The notes under the pieces are model-generated. The model saw only the letters and a program-made list of their open reading frames with translations, did not search any database and was not told the origin of the DNA. Made by a program: the position numbers and the translations under genes. Positions 42,693 through 52,532 of a stretch of DNA of 64,000 nucleotides are shown here, one piece after another (position 1 is the stretch's first letter; every line of letters starts with the position of its first letter). This stretch comes from Clostridia bacterium (lineage in GTDB: Bacteria; Bacillota; Clostridia; JAAYHZ01): positions 79,163 to 143,162 of the forward strand of contig JBMNIH010000011.1 of assembly GCA_050950825.1 (NCBI GenBank). Reading direction: 5' to 3'.

Positions 42693-43994
42693 GTGCAGTA
42701 CCCGAAAAACCTTAAAACCGTATTGGAATATATCGAACGAAATCTTAAAACCGATATTACGGCCGAAGAGTTGGCAAGGATGGCGAACTACTCAACGTTT
42801 CACTTTTGCCGTTTGTTTTCTTCGATAATGGGCTCATCCGTCTCGGGCTACATCTTAAAGCGGAGGTTGGACCATGCTCTTTCGGAAATCGCCTGCGGCC
42901 GAAAAGCCATGGACGTTGTCCTCGAGTACGGCTTTGATACGTACGCAGGGTTTTACAAGGCTTTTGTAAGGATGTACGGCTGTTCTCCGAAAAAATATCT
43001 TCGTATTTACAAAGAACATAAAGTCAATAAACCGGAGGTGGTATCCGTGTATTCGGAAAAAGACATACGAAGCATTTTGGAGCATTGGGATATTGAAAAA
43101 AACCTTCCCGTCAAAGACATCTATATTATGGACGGAGCAAAGGTATCGGGTAACGTTTGGACGGTAGGAAACGATTACATCTTAAAAACCGGAAAACGAG
43201 AAGCATTGATTAAAAATCTTCGCATAGCAAAGGAGCTTCATAAATTAGGCTTTTCTTCTTCCCTGCCCGTATTAACAAAGGACGGAAAAGAATATGTAGA
43301 CAATGAAGAAATCTTTGTTCTGACACACGGGATCAAGGGAAGCCCTCTTCCGAAATCCGAAAGATTCGGTGAAAATCGTTATGCATTCGGTTTGGAATAC
43401 GGAAAAAGTATTGCCAAGCTTCATAAAGCTTTAAAGGCCGTACAAAAGGAGGTATCTCTTGACGAAACGGATTTGTATCGCCATGTGACAAATTGGGCGC
43501 TTCCCAATGTAAAAAAGCAAAACATTCAATGGAGCATGGGAATCGATGAAAGCTTTTTTGACGATTATGTAAATCGCTTCGGCGTATTGTTTGAAAAATT
43601 ACCGAAGCAGCTGATTCACCGAGATCCGAATCCCGGCAACATCCTGTTTGACAAAGATAGGGTAAGCGGATTCATTGATTTTGATTTAAGCGAAATCAAT
43701 ATCCGTTTATGGGATGTTTGCTATTGCGCAACCGGTATCTTAAGCGAAGGAAGCGATGAAGCTTATGAAAAATGGCCGGAAATACTGAAGGGAATTCTCC
43801 ACGGTTATGACCAAGAAGGAAAGCTTACCAAAGAAGAAAAGCAGTCGGTCTTCTATGTCATATGCTCTATCCAAATGATTTGTGTCGCTTACTTTGAAAG
43901 CAAAGACATATACAAGGAGCTGGCAAAAACCAATCGGAAAATGCTGATGTACATTATCAACAAAAAGGATGAAATATCAAGCATGTTGAATTAA
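42693..43994 (+). CDS. AraC HTH fused to an APH/choline-kinase-like phosphotransferase
   Basis: N-terminal AraC HTH; C-terminal IHRDPNPGNIL and FIDFD kinase motifs. Confidence 0.85.
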   Translation: MQYPKNLKTVLEYIERNLKTDITAEELARMANYSTFHFCRLFSSIMGSSVSGYILKRRLDHALSEIACGRKAMDVVLEYGFDTYAGFYKAFVRMYGCSPKKYLRIYKEHKVNKPEVVSVYSEKDIRSILEHWDIEKNLPVKDIYIMDGAKVSGNVWTVGNDYILKTGKREALIKNLRIAKELHKLGFSSSLPVLTKDGKEYVDNEEIFVLTHGIKGSPLPKSERFGENRYAFGLEYGKSIAKLHKALKAVQKEVSLDETDLYRHVTNWALPNVKKQNIQWSMGIDESFFDDYVNRFGVLFEKLPKQLIHRDPNPGNILFDKDRVSGFIDFDLSEINIRLWDVCYCATGILSEGSDEAYEKWPEILKGILHGYDQEGKLTKEEKQSVFYVICSIQMICVAYFESKDIYKELAKTNRKMLMYIINKKDEISSMLN

Positions 43995-44017
43995 ATCATT
44001 GTAACCGTAACGAGTCC

Positions 44018-44056
44018 AAAACCCGCTTGGTCCAAGCCGTTTACCAAGCGGGTTTT
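44018..44056 (+). terminator. Intrinsic terminator
   Basis: AAAACCCGCTTGGT...ACCAAGCGGGTTTT perfect 14-bp inverted repeat. Confidence 0.8.
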
Positions 44057-44211
44057 ATCGAAATCTAGGTTTTTCAACTATAATGTATTACAATGGTAGC
44101 AAACGGACTGATTCTATAAATCATTCCTAACCGTCGATAACCGTTTCATCATATAATCAAGCAAATTTATTATCTTTTCCGATAATCGTCGGAATCATTA
44201 ATGACCGGAGG

Positions 44212-44427
44212 ATGATAGCTATGAGTACGACCTTTTGTGAAACGTGTAGAAAAGAGGTTACATTTTCATCGGAGACCGCCTCCATAAAGGCAAAGCTTAA
44301 AGGTCAAGAATATATCTTCACCGGGAAGAAAGCGATTTGCATTGAATGCGGAAATGAGGTCTATGCAGCGGATATAACGGATGAAAACTTAAAATCATTG
44401 TACAATGCGTACCGTCGAAATAAATGA
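44212..44427 (+). CDS. MqsA/YgiT-type zinc finger protein (probably a truncated antitoxin)
   Basis: FCETC...CIECGNEVY...DENLKSLYNAYR; GGAGG RBS. Confidence 0.65.
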   Translation: MIAMSTTFCETCRKEVTFSSETASIKAKLKGQEYIFTGKKAICIECGNEVYAADITDENLKSLYNAYRRNK

Positions 44428-44479
44428 CTTTCAACTATATCCTCTTTTTATAAAGCCGATTTTCGGCATCACTTCGGCT

Positions 44480-45217
44480 TTATGCTTCGGCAACAACAAT
44501 TAAACGCCGGCTTTGATCGTTATACTCATTCATATCATAATCCCCGTATATATGAACCTTTGAGAATCCTGCTTGCGGAAGCAGCCGGTTATAATCCTCG
44601 TCAAGAAGAATTCTGTAGACGATATCGTACAGGTTGCTTTCCAATCGCTCTGCGCTATGGAAAAGGTCCAATATATGTATGGTATGAAGCCTATCCTTAC
44701 GTTCTTTGACGAAAATCCGTGAAAAATCCGGACGATTCACCACCACCTCAATAGACGGTAGCGTTAACGTATAATGGGTTGTCCCTTGCGTTAAGATCAA
44801 TATTCCGTTTTTATTCAACCGGTTTTTCATAGAGCGAAGAGCCGTCAATAAATCCTCATCCGTCTGCATATGGGTCAATGAGTTCGTAAGGCATACGATC
44901 GCATCAAAGGTTTTGTCAAATACCCGCTCCAGATACCGAAAATCGCATTGGTATAACGGGATGCTGTAATTTCTATTATTCAGATTCTTTTGCGCCACAT
45001 CCAGCATCGATTTGGAATAGTCCGAGCCCCATACCTTGTATCCGGACTGTGCCAGCATCAGCAGATGCTGACCCGTTCCGCATGCACAGTCCAATACGCG
45101 CTCGACTCCGTATTTTAAGAAAATCTTGTTAAAAAACGTTTTCTCATCACCCAAATATTCGTCAATCGGACCGAATTCGTCATAGTCATAAGCAAATTTT
45201 TCATACGGATCCTTCAC
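44480..45217 (-). CDS. Class I SAM-dependent methyltransferase
   Basis: VLDCACGTG, FDAIVCL. Confidence 0.9.
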   Translation of the reverse strand: MKDPYEKFAYDYDEFGPIDEYLGDEKTFFNKIFLKYGVERVLDCACGTGQHLLMLAQSGYKVWGSDYSKSMLDVAQKNLNNRNYSIPLYQCDFRYLERVFDKTFDAIVCLTNSLTHMQTDEDLLTALRSMKNRLNKNGILILTQGTTHYTLTLPSIEVVVNRPDFSRIFVKERKDRLHTIHILDLFHSAERLESNLYDIVYRILLDEDYNRLLPQAGFSKVHIYGDYDMNEYNDQSRRLIVVAEA

Positions 45218-45259
45218 GGATCATCACCTCCGGAATATTTATACTTGTTTACACCCTTT

Positions 45260-46045
45260 TCATTTGCCCGATATTTTTTCTTTATCCTTCTCTATTTCAG
45301 AAAGCATGTATTCTGCAAACTCTTCTGCCTGTTCCTCATCCGTCGAGACCTTTGCATCGTTTTGGTATTCTTCCAAAGCAGCGGTAATGAGAGTTCGATA
45401 TTTTTCCGGGACATTCATAAGCCCCCACTCCCCTCCTTCTTTTTTTGAAAGAACAAGACAGACTTTAACATATGCCAGCACCCGACATAAATTAAGAATG
45501 ATATATGTGGGATTATTTAAAATATCCGTTTTTGCATTATGAATGTCATGCCAAAGGCTGTCGAAATATTCTTTTTTGCCCACAGGTGAAAAGACCTCTT
45601 TGATCTCTTTCCCGTAGAGTGTTTTTCCTCTGTGGTATATAACCGTAACATGAGCGGCCAGGTCTTTATCCGTTCCCTTCATCTTTTCTATATATTCGTT
45701 CGGGTTTGATCGGTACCAATCCAAATGCATCAAAGAAAAATGAAGCTCATACGGTGTCGGATAAGCAAAAGGCTTTAAGAATTCCTCTTTTACGATACTA
45801 AGCTCCATCCCCTTTGGCGGAGCTTCTTTATTAAATTCAATCGTCATGTCCATATACATTTTCTTGGTTTCATAGGAAAGATCGTTTTCCACAACCGTCA
45901 AAAGGTCGATATCGCTTTTCTCGGCATTAAAACAACCCGTCACGGCAGAACCGTGTAAATATATGCCGATCAAATTATCGCCTAAAAGGTCGATATTCTT
46001 TTGTACAAAACGATCCAACAAATTTTGATACTTCTTTATACCCAT
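45260..46045 (-). CDS. Aminoglycoside adenylyltransferase-like nucleotidyltransferase (AadA/ANT, DUF4111-type)
   Basis: GIYLHGSAVTG, SDIDLL, DKDLAAH, ILNLCRVL, LSKKEGGEW. Confidence 0.82.
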   Translation of the reverse strand: MGIKKYQNLLDRFVQKNIDLLGDNLIGIYLHGSAVTGCFNAEKSDIDLLTVVENDLSYETKKMYMDMTIEFNKEAPPKGMELSIVKEEFLKPFAYPTPYELHFSLMHLDWYRSNPNEYIEKMKGTDKDLAAHVTVIYHRGKTLYGKEIKEVFSPVGKKEYFDSLWHDIHNAKTDILNNPTYIILNLCRVLAYVKVCLVLSKKEGGEWGLMNVPEKYRTLITAALEEYQNDAKVSTDEEQAEEFAEYMLSEIEKDKEKISGK

Positions 46046-46305
46046 ATACCCATACCCGGCTGAAAAATATCCGAAAGCATAATATCGTATAAAGCTATTC
46101 TACTACAAAAATCCGATATTTCATAAAAAACAGGCGACCTTCTTCATCTATTCTTCGTCAATATGAATCCGTATGTCTGTCCCGAATACATCGAAAGCAT
46201 GCTCTATACCGAAACCGAATCATGACGAATTTGTTTGGATTTTCTATTGACGTCCAAATATTCAAATACTAATATATAATTGTAAATTATTCTCGGAGGT
46301 TCGCT

Positions 46306-46680
46306 ATGTTTGATTATGAAAAACACAAAAAGCATTATTCCGAAGCCAAGTTTTGGGACAAGGTATTGAAGTTTGCGAAGAAAGCAGGTATCAAGGTTGT
46401 TTACAACGCGTTATTGCTGTTCTATACCCTCCAAAAGCCCGACGTTCCTCCGCATGTAAAGGGGATTATTATCGGGGCTCTTGGATATTTCATATTCCCT
46501 GTCGACATTGTTCCCGATATCGTACCGGTTGTAGGTTATGCCGATGATTTAAGTGCACTTTTAGGTGCTCTCGGGTTAACCGCTCTTCATATTGACAGTA
46601 CAACAAAAGACATGGCAAAGCAAAAATTGAGGGATTGGTTCGGTGATTATGACCAATCCGAAGTGGAAAATGACAATTAA
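46306..46680 (+). CDS. YkvA/DUF1232 family protein
   Basis: ALGYFIFPVDIVPDIVPVVGYADD. Confidence 0.9.
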   Translation: MFDYEKHKKHYSEAKFWDKVLKFAKKAGIKVVYNALLLFYTLQKPDVPPHVKGIIIGALGYFIFPVDIVPDIVPVVGYADDLSALLGALGLTALHIDSTTKDMAKQKLRDWFGDYDQSEVENDN

Positions 46681-46835
46681 CAGATTTCACATGCATTGGC
46701 TTCGTAACGATAATGCCGGATTAGCATAAGGCTTTAAGAAGGACAACCGTAAATAATTGTTCTTTGATTTGATGAAACTCTTGCTTGACAATAGCATAGT
46801 CAAGATGCAATAATGAAGCAGAGGCGAAGTCAAAT

Positions 46836-47396
46836 ATGAATAATGTAGAAGAAAAAACGTTTTTTTCATCCGTGTGTAAAGCTATCATCGGTGAAGACAA
46901 AGAATTACGAAGGCTATTTTCCGATAACAATCCTTTGTATTCACGGCAGCATAACGGCATTTGTTGTCTTTATGAAACAACAATGGTGTACTTGGTATTT
47001 AAGCAATTGTTGAAGGACGGATTTCCATACATCGTATCATGGGAGCATCCGTATCCGGGAAACAGCAGTCTAAAAGCGGACATGGGTATATTGAATGCCG
47101 ATCATAGCGTTAATTCCCTTGTGGAATTTAAAATATGGGTTTCGGAAAAAGGCGAAGAAGTAAGAGCCGATGTTGAAAAATACAATAAATGCGGATTTTC
47201 GGGAGACAAATACTTGTGCGTCATCGAATACGGCGGACCGAATATGTTTGATAACTGTAAATACTTAACGGATAATAATCCGGAAATGGACATTATCGGC
47301 ATGGAGACATTCGACACCCGCTATTTTGACTCATGGAGAACCCAACAACTTATAGAGAACCCCGTTAACCTCTACTTTTTCAAAATGAAAAAATAA
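46836..47396 (+). CDS. Hypothetical protein, possible PD-(D/E)xK nuclease
   Basis: YE...WEHPYP...KADMGI...VEFK pattern. Confidence 0.55.
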   Translation: MNNVEEKTFFSSVCKAIIGEDKELRRLFSDNNPLYSRQHNGICCLYETTMVYLVFKQLLKDGFPYIVSWEHPYPGNSSLKADMGILNADHSVNSLVEFKIWVSEKGEEVRADVEKYNKCGFSGDKYLCVIEYGGPNMFDNCKYLTDNNPEMDIIGMETFDTRYFDSWRTQQLIENPVNLYFFKMKK

Positions 47397-48330
47397 AAAG
47401 ACAAGCCCTAAGATTAAGAAAGAGACTAAAGCAAAAATGCCGTCTTTTATACCTTTACCGAACATTCTTACAGACGCTCGGCATCACTATCCCTTGTGCC
47501 TTCCTTTTCTTCCTTTTTAAAGCGTATTTGAAAAGGCTCTTGAGCGCAGCTAAATTCAATCTTTTTGTAAATCTCCGTCTCGTTGTGCAATTCGCTTCTT
47601 GCTACGTTAATGTTCATATAGGAGACCGGAATATACCCTTTCGGCAAGGATACGACGATTTGCACCGCATCTCCCCTTTGCCGTCTCCTCCTGTAAATTC
47701 GATTTTGCCCAACGTAAGGATGAAAAACCGCAATTCTTAATAGAAACGTTTATGGACAAATGACCGTCGTTGTAGAATTTAAATATGCAGGTCGATAAAA
47801 AATCCCGAAACCGTTTTGTGCTTTTATATTGAGTAAAATCACCCTCGCACTCTGTATATGCTGAACCTCAATGTCGCCTATAAGGGAATACGGTATATCG
47901 TTAACCGTTGCGCATATGACTGCATTTTCAATACGGAAAAGCTGATTTTCGGCAATCAATCTCCGGCCTTTGTTCTCAATCACTTGAAAAAACGTATTTG
48001 TTTTCCTATTCGCTTTGCTCCTTTTGTTCGTCAACAGATATCGGGAGACCTCCAACCAAGATTAAGTTAAGTATACCGGTTTTTACCACATAGTGAAGTC
48101 TCGTATTTTGTTTTATTACCTATATAAATGAATTCACAGACGGTGTTTCGACTCTTTCCGTTGGCGAATACCGAAAATATCTAGAAAAAAGCTATTACAG
48201 GAGAATTGAACCGCATGTGATGGAATTGTTACCGGGATTAACGAGAAAAAGATAATCATACAAACAAAAAAATGGTAAACTTATAATTAAATAATCAAAT
48301 TAAAATTTAATACGGAAGGCGGAAAACGCA

Positions 48331-49569
48331 ATGCAAAACCATGATGTAAATCTCGGTGTTATCGGTCTTGGATCAAGAGGTCGCGGCCTGATCAGAACCA
48401 TGTTGAATATAGAGGGGATACGGATTCTAGCCATATGCGACTCCAATCCCGGCTTCTTTGAGCAGATACTTCCTGTCTTCGATAATGCCTTGGTACCGAA
48501 ACCGGATACCTATACGGATTACAAAGCGCTTTTGGCCAGGGATGATATACAAGGCGTTGTTATTGCCACCAACTGGATCACTCATATTCCTTTGGCCATT
48601 TCCACCATGAAAGCCGGTAAATATGCCGGAGTAGAAGTGGGCGGTGCGGCATCCACGGAAGAGTGTTGGCAACTGATCAAGACGTACGAAGAAACCGGTG
48701 TTCCTTGCATGATGTTGGAAAACTGTTGCTACGGTAAATATGAAATGATGATGTACAACATGATCAAACAAGGAGTTTTCGGAGAATTGGTTCATTGCGA
48801 ATGCGGATACGGACACGATATACGCAAGATGGCGGGAAGCCTTAATAACCGGTTGTATAACAATATGCATCGAAACGGAGATTTGTACCCGACTCACGGC
48901 GTAGGTCCCATTGCCAAGATGCTGAAAATCAATCGAGGAAACCGTTTTGTCAGCATCGTATCCATGGCTTCGAAAGCGGTAGGCTTAAGAGATTGGATCA
49001 AAAAGAACAAAGAGCCGGATTATGAATTGGCAAATTTCGATTTTGTAAAAGGGGATGTCGTTCAATCTCTGATCAAATGTGCCCACGGTGAAACCGTATT
49101 GGTTACCCATAATGTCTCATTACCCCGTCCCTATTCCCGTTTTAATTTGGTTCAGGGTACCAATGCCATCTATTCGGAAGAAAGAAGCGGCATTTTCATT
49201 GATCAAAAAACACAAGAAGAAAAATGGGATCCCATTGATGACTATTTTGAAGAGTACGGTCATCCTCTTTGGAAGGACTTTATCAATAGCGGTGTCAAAG
49301 GCGGGCACGGCGGTATGGACCATTTAACATTGCTCGCATTTGCCGATGCCATTCGCAACAAAACGCAAACTCCCATCGATGTATATGATGTTGCAACATG
49401 GATGGCCATAACCGTATTATCCGAACAATCCATCCACACGGGAAGCTCCTCCGTTGCGTTCCCCGACTTTACAAACGGAAAATGGATCGACAGAGAAAAA
49501 CCTGTCAAAAGTATCTATGCGCTGGACGACATTTATCCGGAATGCTTTGTTAAAGGTAATGAATTGTGA
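48331..49569 (+). CDS. Gfo/Idh/MocA oxidoreductase, GH109-like (NAD-dependent glycosidase)
   Basis: GLGSRG, MMLENCCY, LYPTHG, GHGGMD, PDFTNGKW. Confidence 0.85.
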   Translation: MQNHDVNLGVIGLGSRGRGLIRTMLNIEGIRILAICDSNPGFFEQILPVFDNALVPKPDTYTDYKALLARDDIQGVVIATNWITHIPLAISTMKAGKYAGVEVGGAASTEECWQLIKTYEETGVPCMMLENCCYGKYEMMMYNMIKQGVFGELVHCECGYGHDIRKMAGSLNNRLYNNMHRNGDLYPTHGVGPIAKMLKINRGNRFVSIVSMASKAVGLRDWIKKNKEPDYELANFDFVKGDVVQSLIKCAHGETVLVTHNVSLPRPYSRFNLVQGTNAIYSEERSGIFIDQKTQEEKWDPIDDYFEEYGHPLWKDFINSGVKGGHGGMDHLTLLAFADAIRNKTQTPIDVYDVATWMAITVLSEQSIHTGSSSVAFPDFTNGKWIDREKPVKSIYALDDIYPECFVKGNEL

Positions 49570-49851
49570 AATACAAAAAAATGAGAATGTGTTGCTCACT
49601 TATTTTGAATCCAACCGAATAATTTCAAGGCGAGAGCAACACATTTTCATTCTTACATACCTCAATGACTTCAATCAAAGTATACAGGTGTTAATCAGGA
49701 TATGTATCTACAATAAGCAATTTTGGACATCCAATGGTCCTATATCCTTTTACTTTCCGATCTGTTATAACAAGCCGGCTGCCTTCCGGCAAGGACGGAG
49801 CCCATCATCGCCGAGTGTAGCTTAAAGATAAACCATACTTCTTTTAACAGT

Positions 49852-50066
49852 TATATCGTCCCCTTGCGGAGTGAATGGCAACTGCTAATAATATACGTAT
49901 TATCAATTGTTACTGTAGCCGTCCCCTTACGAGGATATAATCCAAGGAACAAAATGCATCGCATAATAAAGGATCCGCCCCCTGGCGGGGTTTATTCCAA
50001 AAGGATACACAAATGAAAAATGAATTTTATACACCTTTTCCGTCCCCTTTACGGGGTACTCAATAG
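49852..50066 (-). CRISPR. Cryptic array of four degenerate type III-A repeats directly downstream of csm6
   Basis: CG(T/C)CCCCT..CG.GG-like cores at 49857, 49920, 49976, 50041, same orientation as the main array; intervals of about 32, 24 and 33 nt. Confidence 0.65.
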
Positions 50067-51395
50067 CTAAAACAGCATGTTCTTGATTATGCGATTTGCA
50101 TTATCATAAGATTTCAGGGTATTATTGTCAATCTTAATATCGATAGCCTTGGTTACTTTGACCAATAAATTAAAGATATCTTCCGGTGAATAACCTTCGG
50201 TCGCATTTATAACTCTTTCTTTTGTTACAATAGTAATGGTATGAGCCGCTTCATTTCGTATTTTTTTCTCTATTTTGTTGAGCGTCTCGATATCCTCAAT
50301 GATTTCATGAGAACTGAAATGCTTTAATAAAACCGTCATAGTTTCCGTATTTAAGAAATCCGGTATAAAATTTCCTTTAAACCTTGCTTGAAGCGCACCG
50401 AGTACTTCCGGATTCTTGTTGAGTTTTTCCAAACACCAATAGGGTACATTTCGATTTTTCCCTCTCATTTCGCAATAATCCTTGACTGCATCGATATTGC
50501 ACAAGACTTTTAATGCTCTTTCAAGCAAACTCGTCAAAATCGGGGTAATACCTCTTACAAAATCCGCATACTCCTCGTTATGAATTTTCGTTTGCAACCA
50601 TAAAAGATATTCGACGATTTTGTAATTTTCATTATTTTTTTCCGGTAACAAATCATAAGGAAGAGAATTTAATTCTTTCAACATCTTCAGTACATCCAGT
50701 TGGGTTCTCCATTTCATAGCTTTTAATAAACAGACGACATCCGACGGAATATGATTCTTTATGGATTCGGCTACGGCCAATGCGGCGGAATAATCGTAAG
50801 CATCGATATGGTTTACCACAACGTTCTTCATTACTTCGGCAAGAAGAGTCACGCTTTCGGATTTACTGCAACGGTTTTCAAAATCCTTCGTGTTGTCTTT
50901 ATTGTATTCCCAATAAAAATGAACATCGTAATCTTTGATATTCTCCCTATGCTCGTTAATCTTTTTCGCCGGTGTTGACACTTGAACCGGAATTATCGAA
51001 TCTCCCGACACGGCGGCTATAAATTGCAGGGCACCTTTCATTGACGGCGTTCCGGACGATACATTGAGAATGACGGTTGCATCACTGTGCTTTTCCCTTA
51101 TTTCTTTAATTAACTCTCGATACTCTTTATAAAACAAGTCAAACTTATGTACATCGACCAGATCGCGGCGTTCGATAATGTGAACATCAAACTTATGACC
51201 GAGCAGTTCTCCTAATCGATGAATGCAGAAGCGATATCGATCGTCTTTATCATGGAATTCGCACATTTCTTTGGATAAATATAAATAGACGCTTTCCGGC
51301 TTATAAACTCTACAAATATGAAGCATGGAACCGTCCCTGAAATTAGAAATAGGATCGGTACCGCCGATAGCGGAAAACAAAACATACTTTGTCAT
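50067..51395 (-). CDS. csm6: Type III-A CARF-HEPN ribonuclease Csm6
   Basis: FSAIGGTDPI, NVSSGTP CARF motifs; RNEAAH HEPN motif. Confidence 0.92.
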   Translation of the reverse strand: MTKYVLFSAIGGTDPISNFRDGSMLHICRVYKPESVYLYLSKEMCEFHDKDDRYRFCIHRLGELLGHKFDVHIIERRDLVDVHKFDLFYKEYRELIKEIREKHSDATVILNVSSGTPSMKGALQFIAAVSGDSIIPVQVSTPAKKINEHRENIKDYDVHFYWEYNKDNTKDFENRCSKSESVTLLAEVMKNVVVNHIDAYDYSAALAVAESIKNHIPSDVVCLLKAMKWRTQLDVLKMLKELNSLPYDLLPEKNNENYKIVEYLLWLQTKIHNEEYADFVRGITPILTSLLERALKVLCNIDAVKDYCEMRGKNRNVPYWCLEKLNKNPEVLGALQARFKGNFIPDFLNTETMTVLLKHFSSHEIIEDIETLNKIEKKIRNEAAHTITIVTKERVINATEGYSPEDIFNLLVKVTKAIDIKIDNNTLKSYDNANRIIKNMLF

Positions 51396-51428
51396 GACAT
51401 TCTACCTCATTTCATCATATAACGCTCA

Positions 51429-52532
51429 TCATTGTATTTGTAATTGGCAAAGCCCCATCTCCATAATTTCTCCATTGTATCGGGTACACTTTAGCAAACG
51501 GGGAGAAACACCGAGTTGAATATCTTTATGGTGTTGATGCTGCATACGAATGAATTTCGGCAGAGTACGGTTAAAAATCTCGCTTGTGACACGCACCCCT
51601 TCTTCTTTACCGAAAATGGCATATGTAACGGTCTTGGAGGCATATCCGCATCCTCCGCCTAAGTAAAATGCATTTTTCGGATAAACCTTTTGCCTTCCGA
51701 AAGCTTCCAAAAACGTTTTTTGATAATGACTGAAAAATCGATTTACGGCATTTGTTAGATATTCTACATCATACGGATAAAGCTTCGTATCGATTGTCAT
51801 ATCAAACTCGACGGTAACATCCGGTCTGATACATTCTCGAAAAACATTGATTGGTTTTTCTTTTCCGTCGACGGTTACATCAACCTTTTGGCACAAAACC
51901 AAATTCGCCAATGCCAGAGGCTTACTGTCGCTGATGCGAATACCCGCCAAGTGGTCGTTGGCAGCATGTTTTTTCTTCTTCGGATATCTGTTCAATGTAT
52001 GAAACACATCTTGTTCTATCGATTCCATAGGATATTTCAATACATCTTTTTTCTCTTTGTTTTTTATCTCCTCTTTTATCGCATTCTTAACGGGATCGGA
52101 AACATTCCGATTCAGCAAAGCGTGTCCTAAAAGAGCGGTTCTTAAGGCACCCTTAAGGCTGCTACCGGGAATATAGGGATTTCCGTATGCATCTTTTATA
52201 CACGCCAAAACTTCTTTTCTGCTTCTTCCTTCGATAACGGCGTCACCGCTGTCTAAGCTATAGGACATCCAAGGGAGGTATTGTTTTTCCTGTATCAAGT
52301 TTTCTTTGAAAAAGAGTCCCAAATCTTTGTCCTCATACAATAAGTAATTGTAATACTTATCGAGAAGTTTTAATTTTTGAAATCCGGACAGCATTTTCGC
52401 TTGGTCGGGGATATAGACTTTTCGTGTTCTTCTATCAAAGACATATTCTTTTTTCGGTATGGATGTACCGGACCCTATAAACACAGGTGCCAAGGTTTTC
52501 ACGGTGATTTTATACGTTTTCAAAAAATCCAC
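51429..52532 (-). CDS. csm5: Type III-A RAMP protein Csm5
   Basis: APVFIGSG, PYIPGSSLKGALRT, YLGGGCGYASKT. Confidence 0.92.
   Translation of the reverse strand: MDFLKTYKITVKTLAPVFIGSGTSIPKKEYVFDRRTRKVYIPDQAKMLSGFQKLKLLDKYYNYLLYEDKDLGLFFKENLIQEKQYLPWMSYSLDSGDAVIEGRSRKEVLACIKDAYGNPYIPGSSLKGALRTALLGHALLNRNVSDPVKNAIKEEIKNKEKKDVLKYPMESIEQDVFHTLNRYPKKKKHAANDHLAGIRISDSKPLALANLVLCQKVDVTVDGKEKPINVFRECIRPDVTVEFDMTIDTKLYPYDVEYLTNAVNRFFSHYQKTFLEAFGRQKVYPKNAFYLGGGCGYASKTVTYAIFGKEEGVRVTSEIFNRTLPKFIRMQHQHHKDIQLGVSPRLLKCTRYNGEIMEMGLCQLQIQ

Noticed and set aside
47468-48070. Short ORFs on both strands between the nuclease candidate and the GH109-like gene
   Set aside because: No recognisable motifs or convincing RBS; cannot be supported
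49581-49650. Long hairpin ATGAGAATGTGTTGCTC/GAGCAACACATTTTCAT considered as a CreT-like toxin RNA
   Set aside because: No strong SD plus rare-codon mini-ORF; position between convergent genes fits a terminator
50003-50035. Cryptic spacer sharing ACAAATGAA with the cas10 start region
   Set aside because: Only 9 contiguous nt in AT-rich sequence; too weak to call self-regulation
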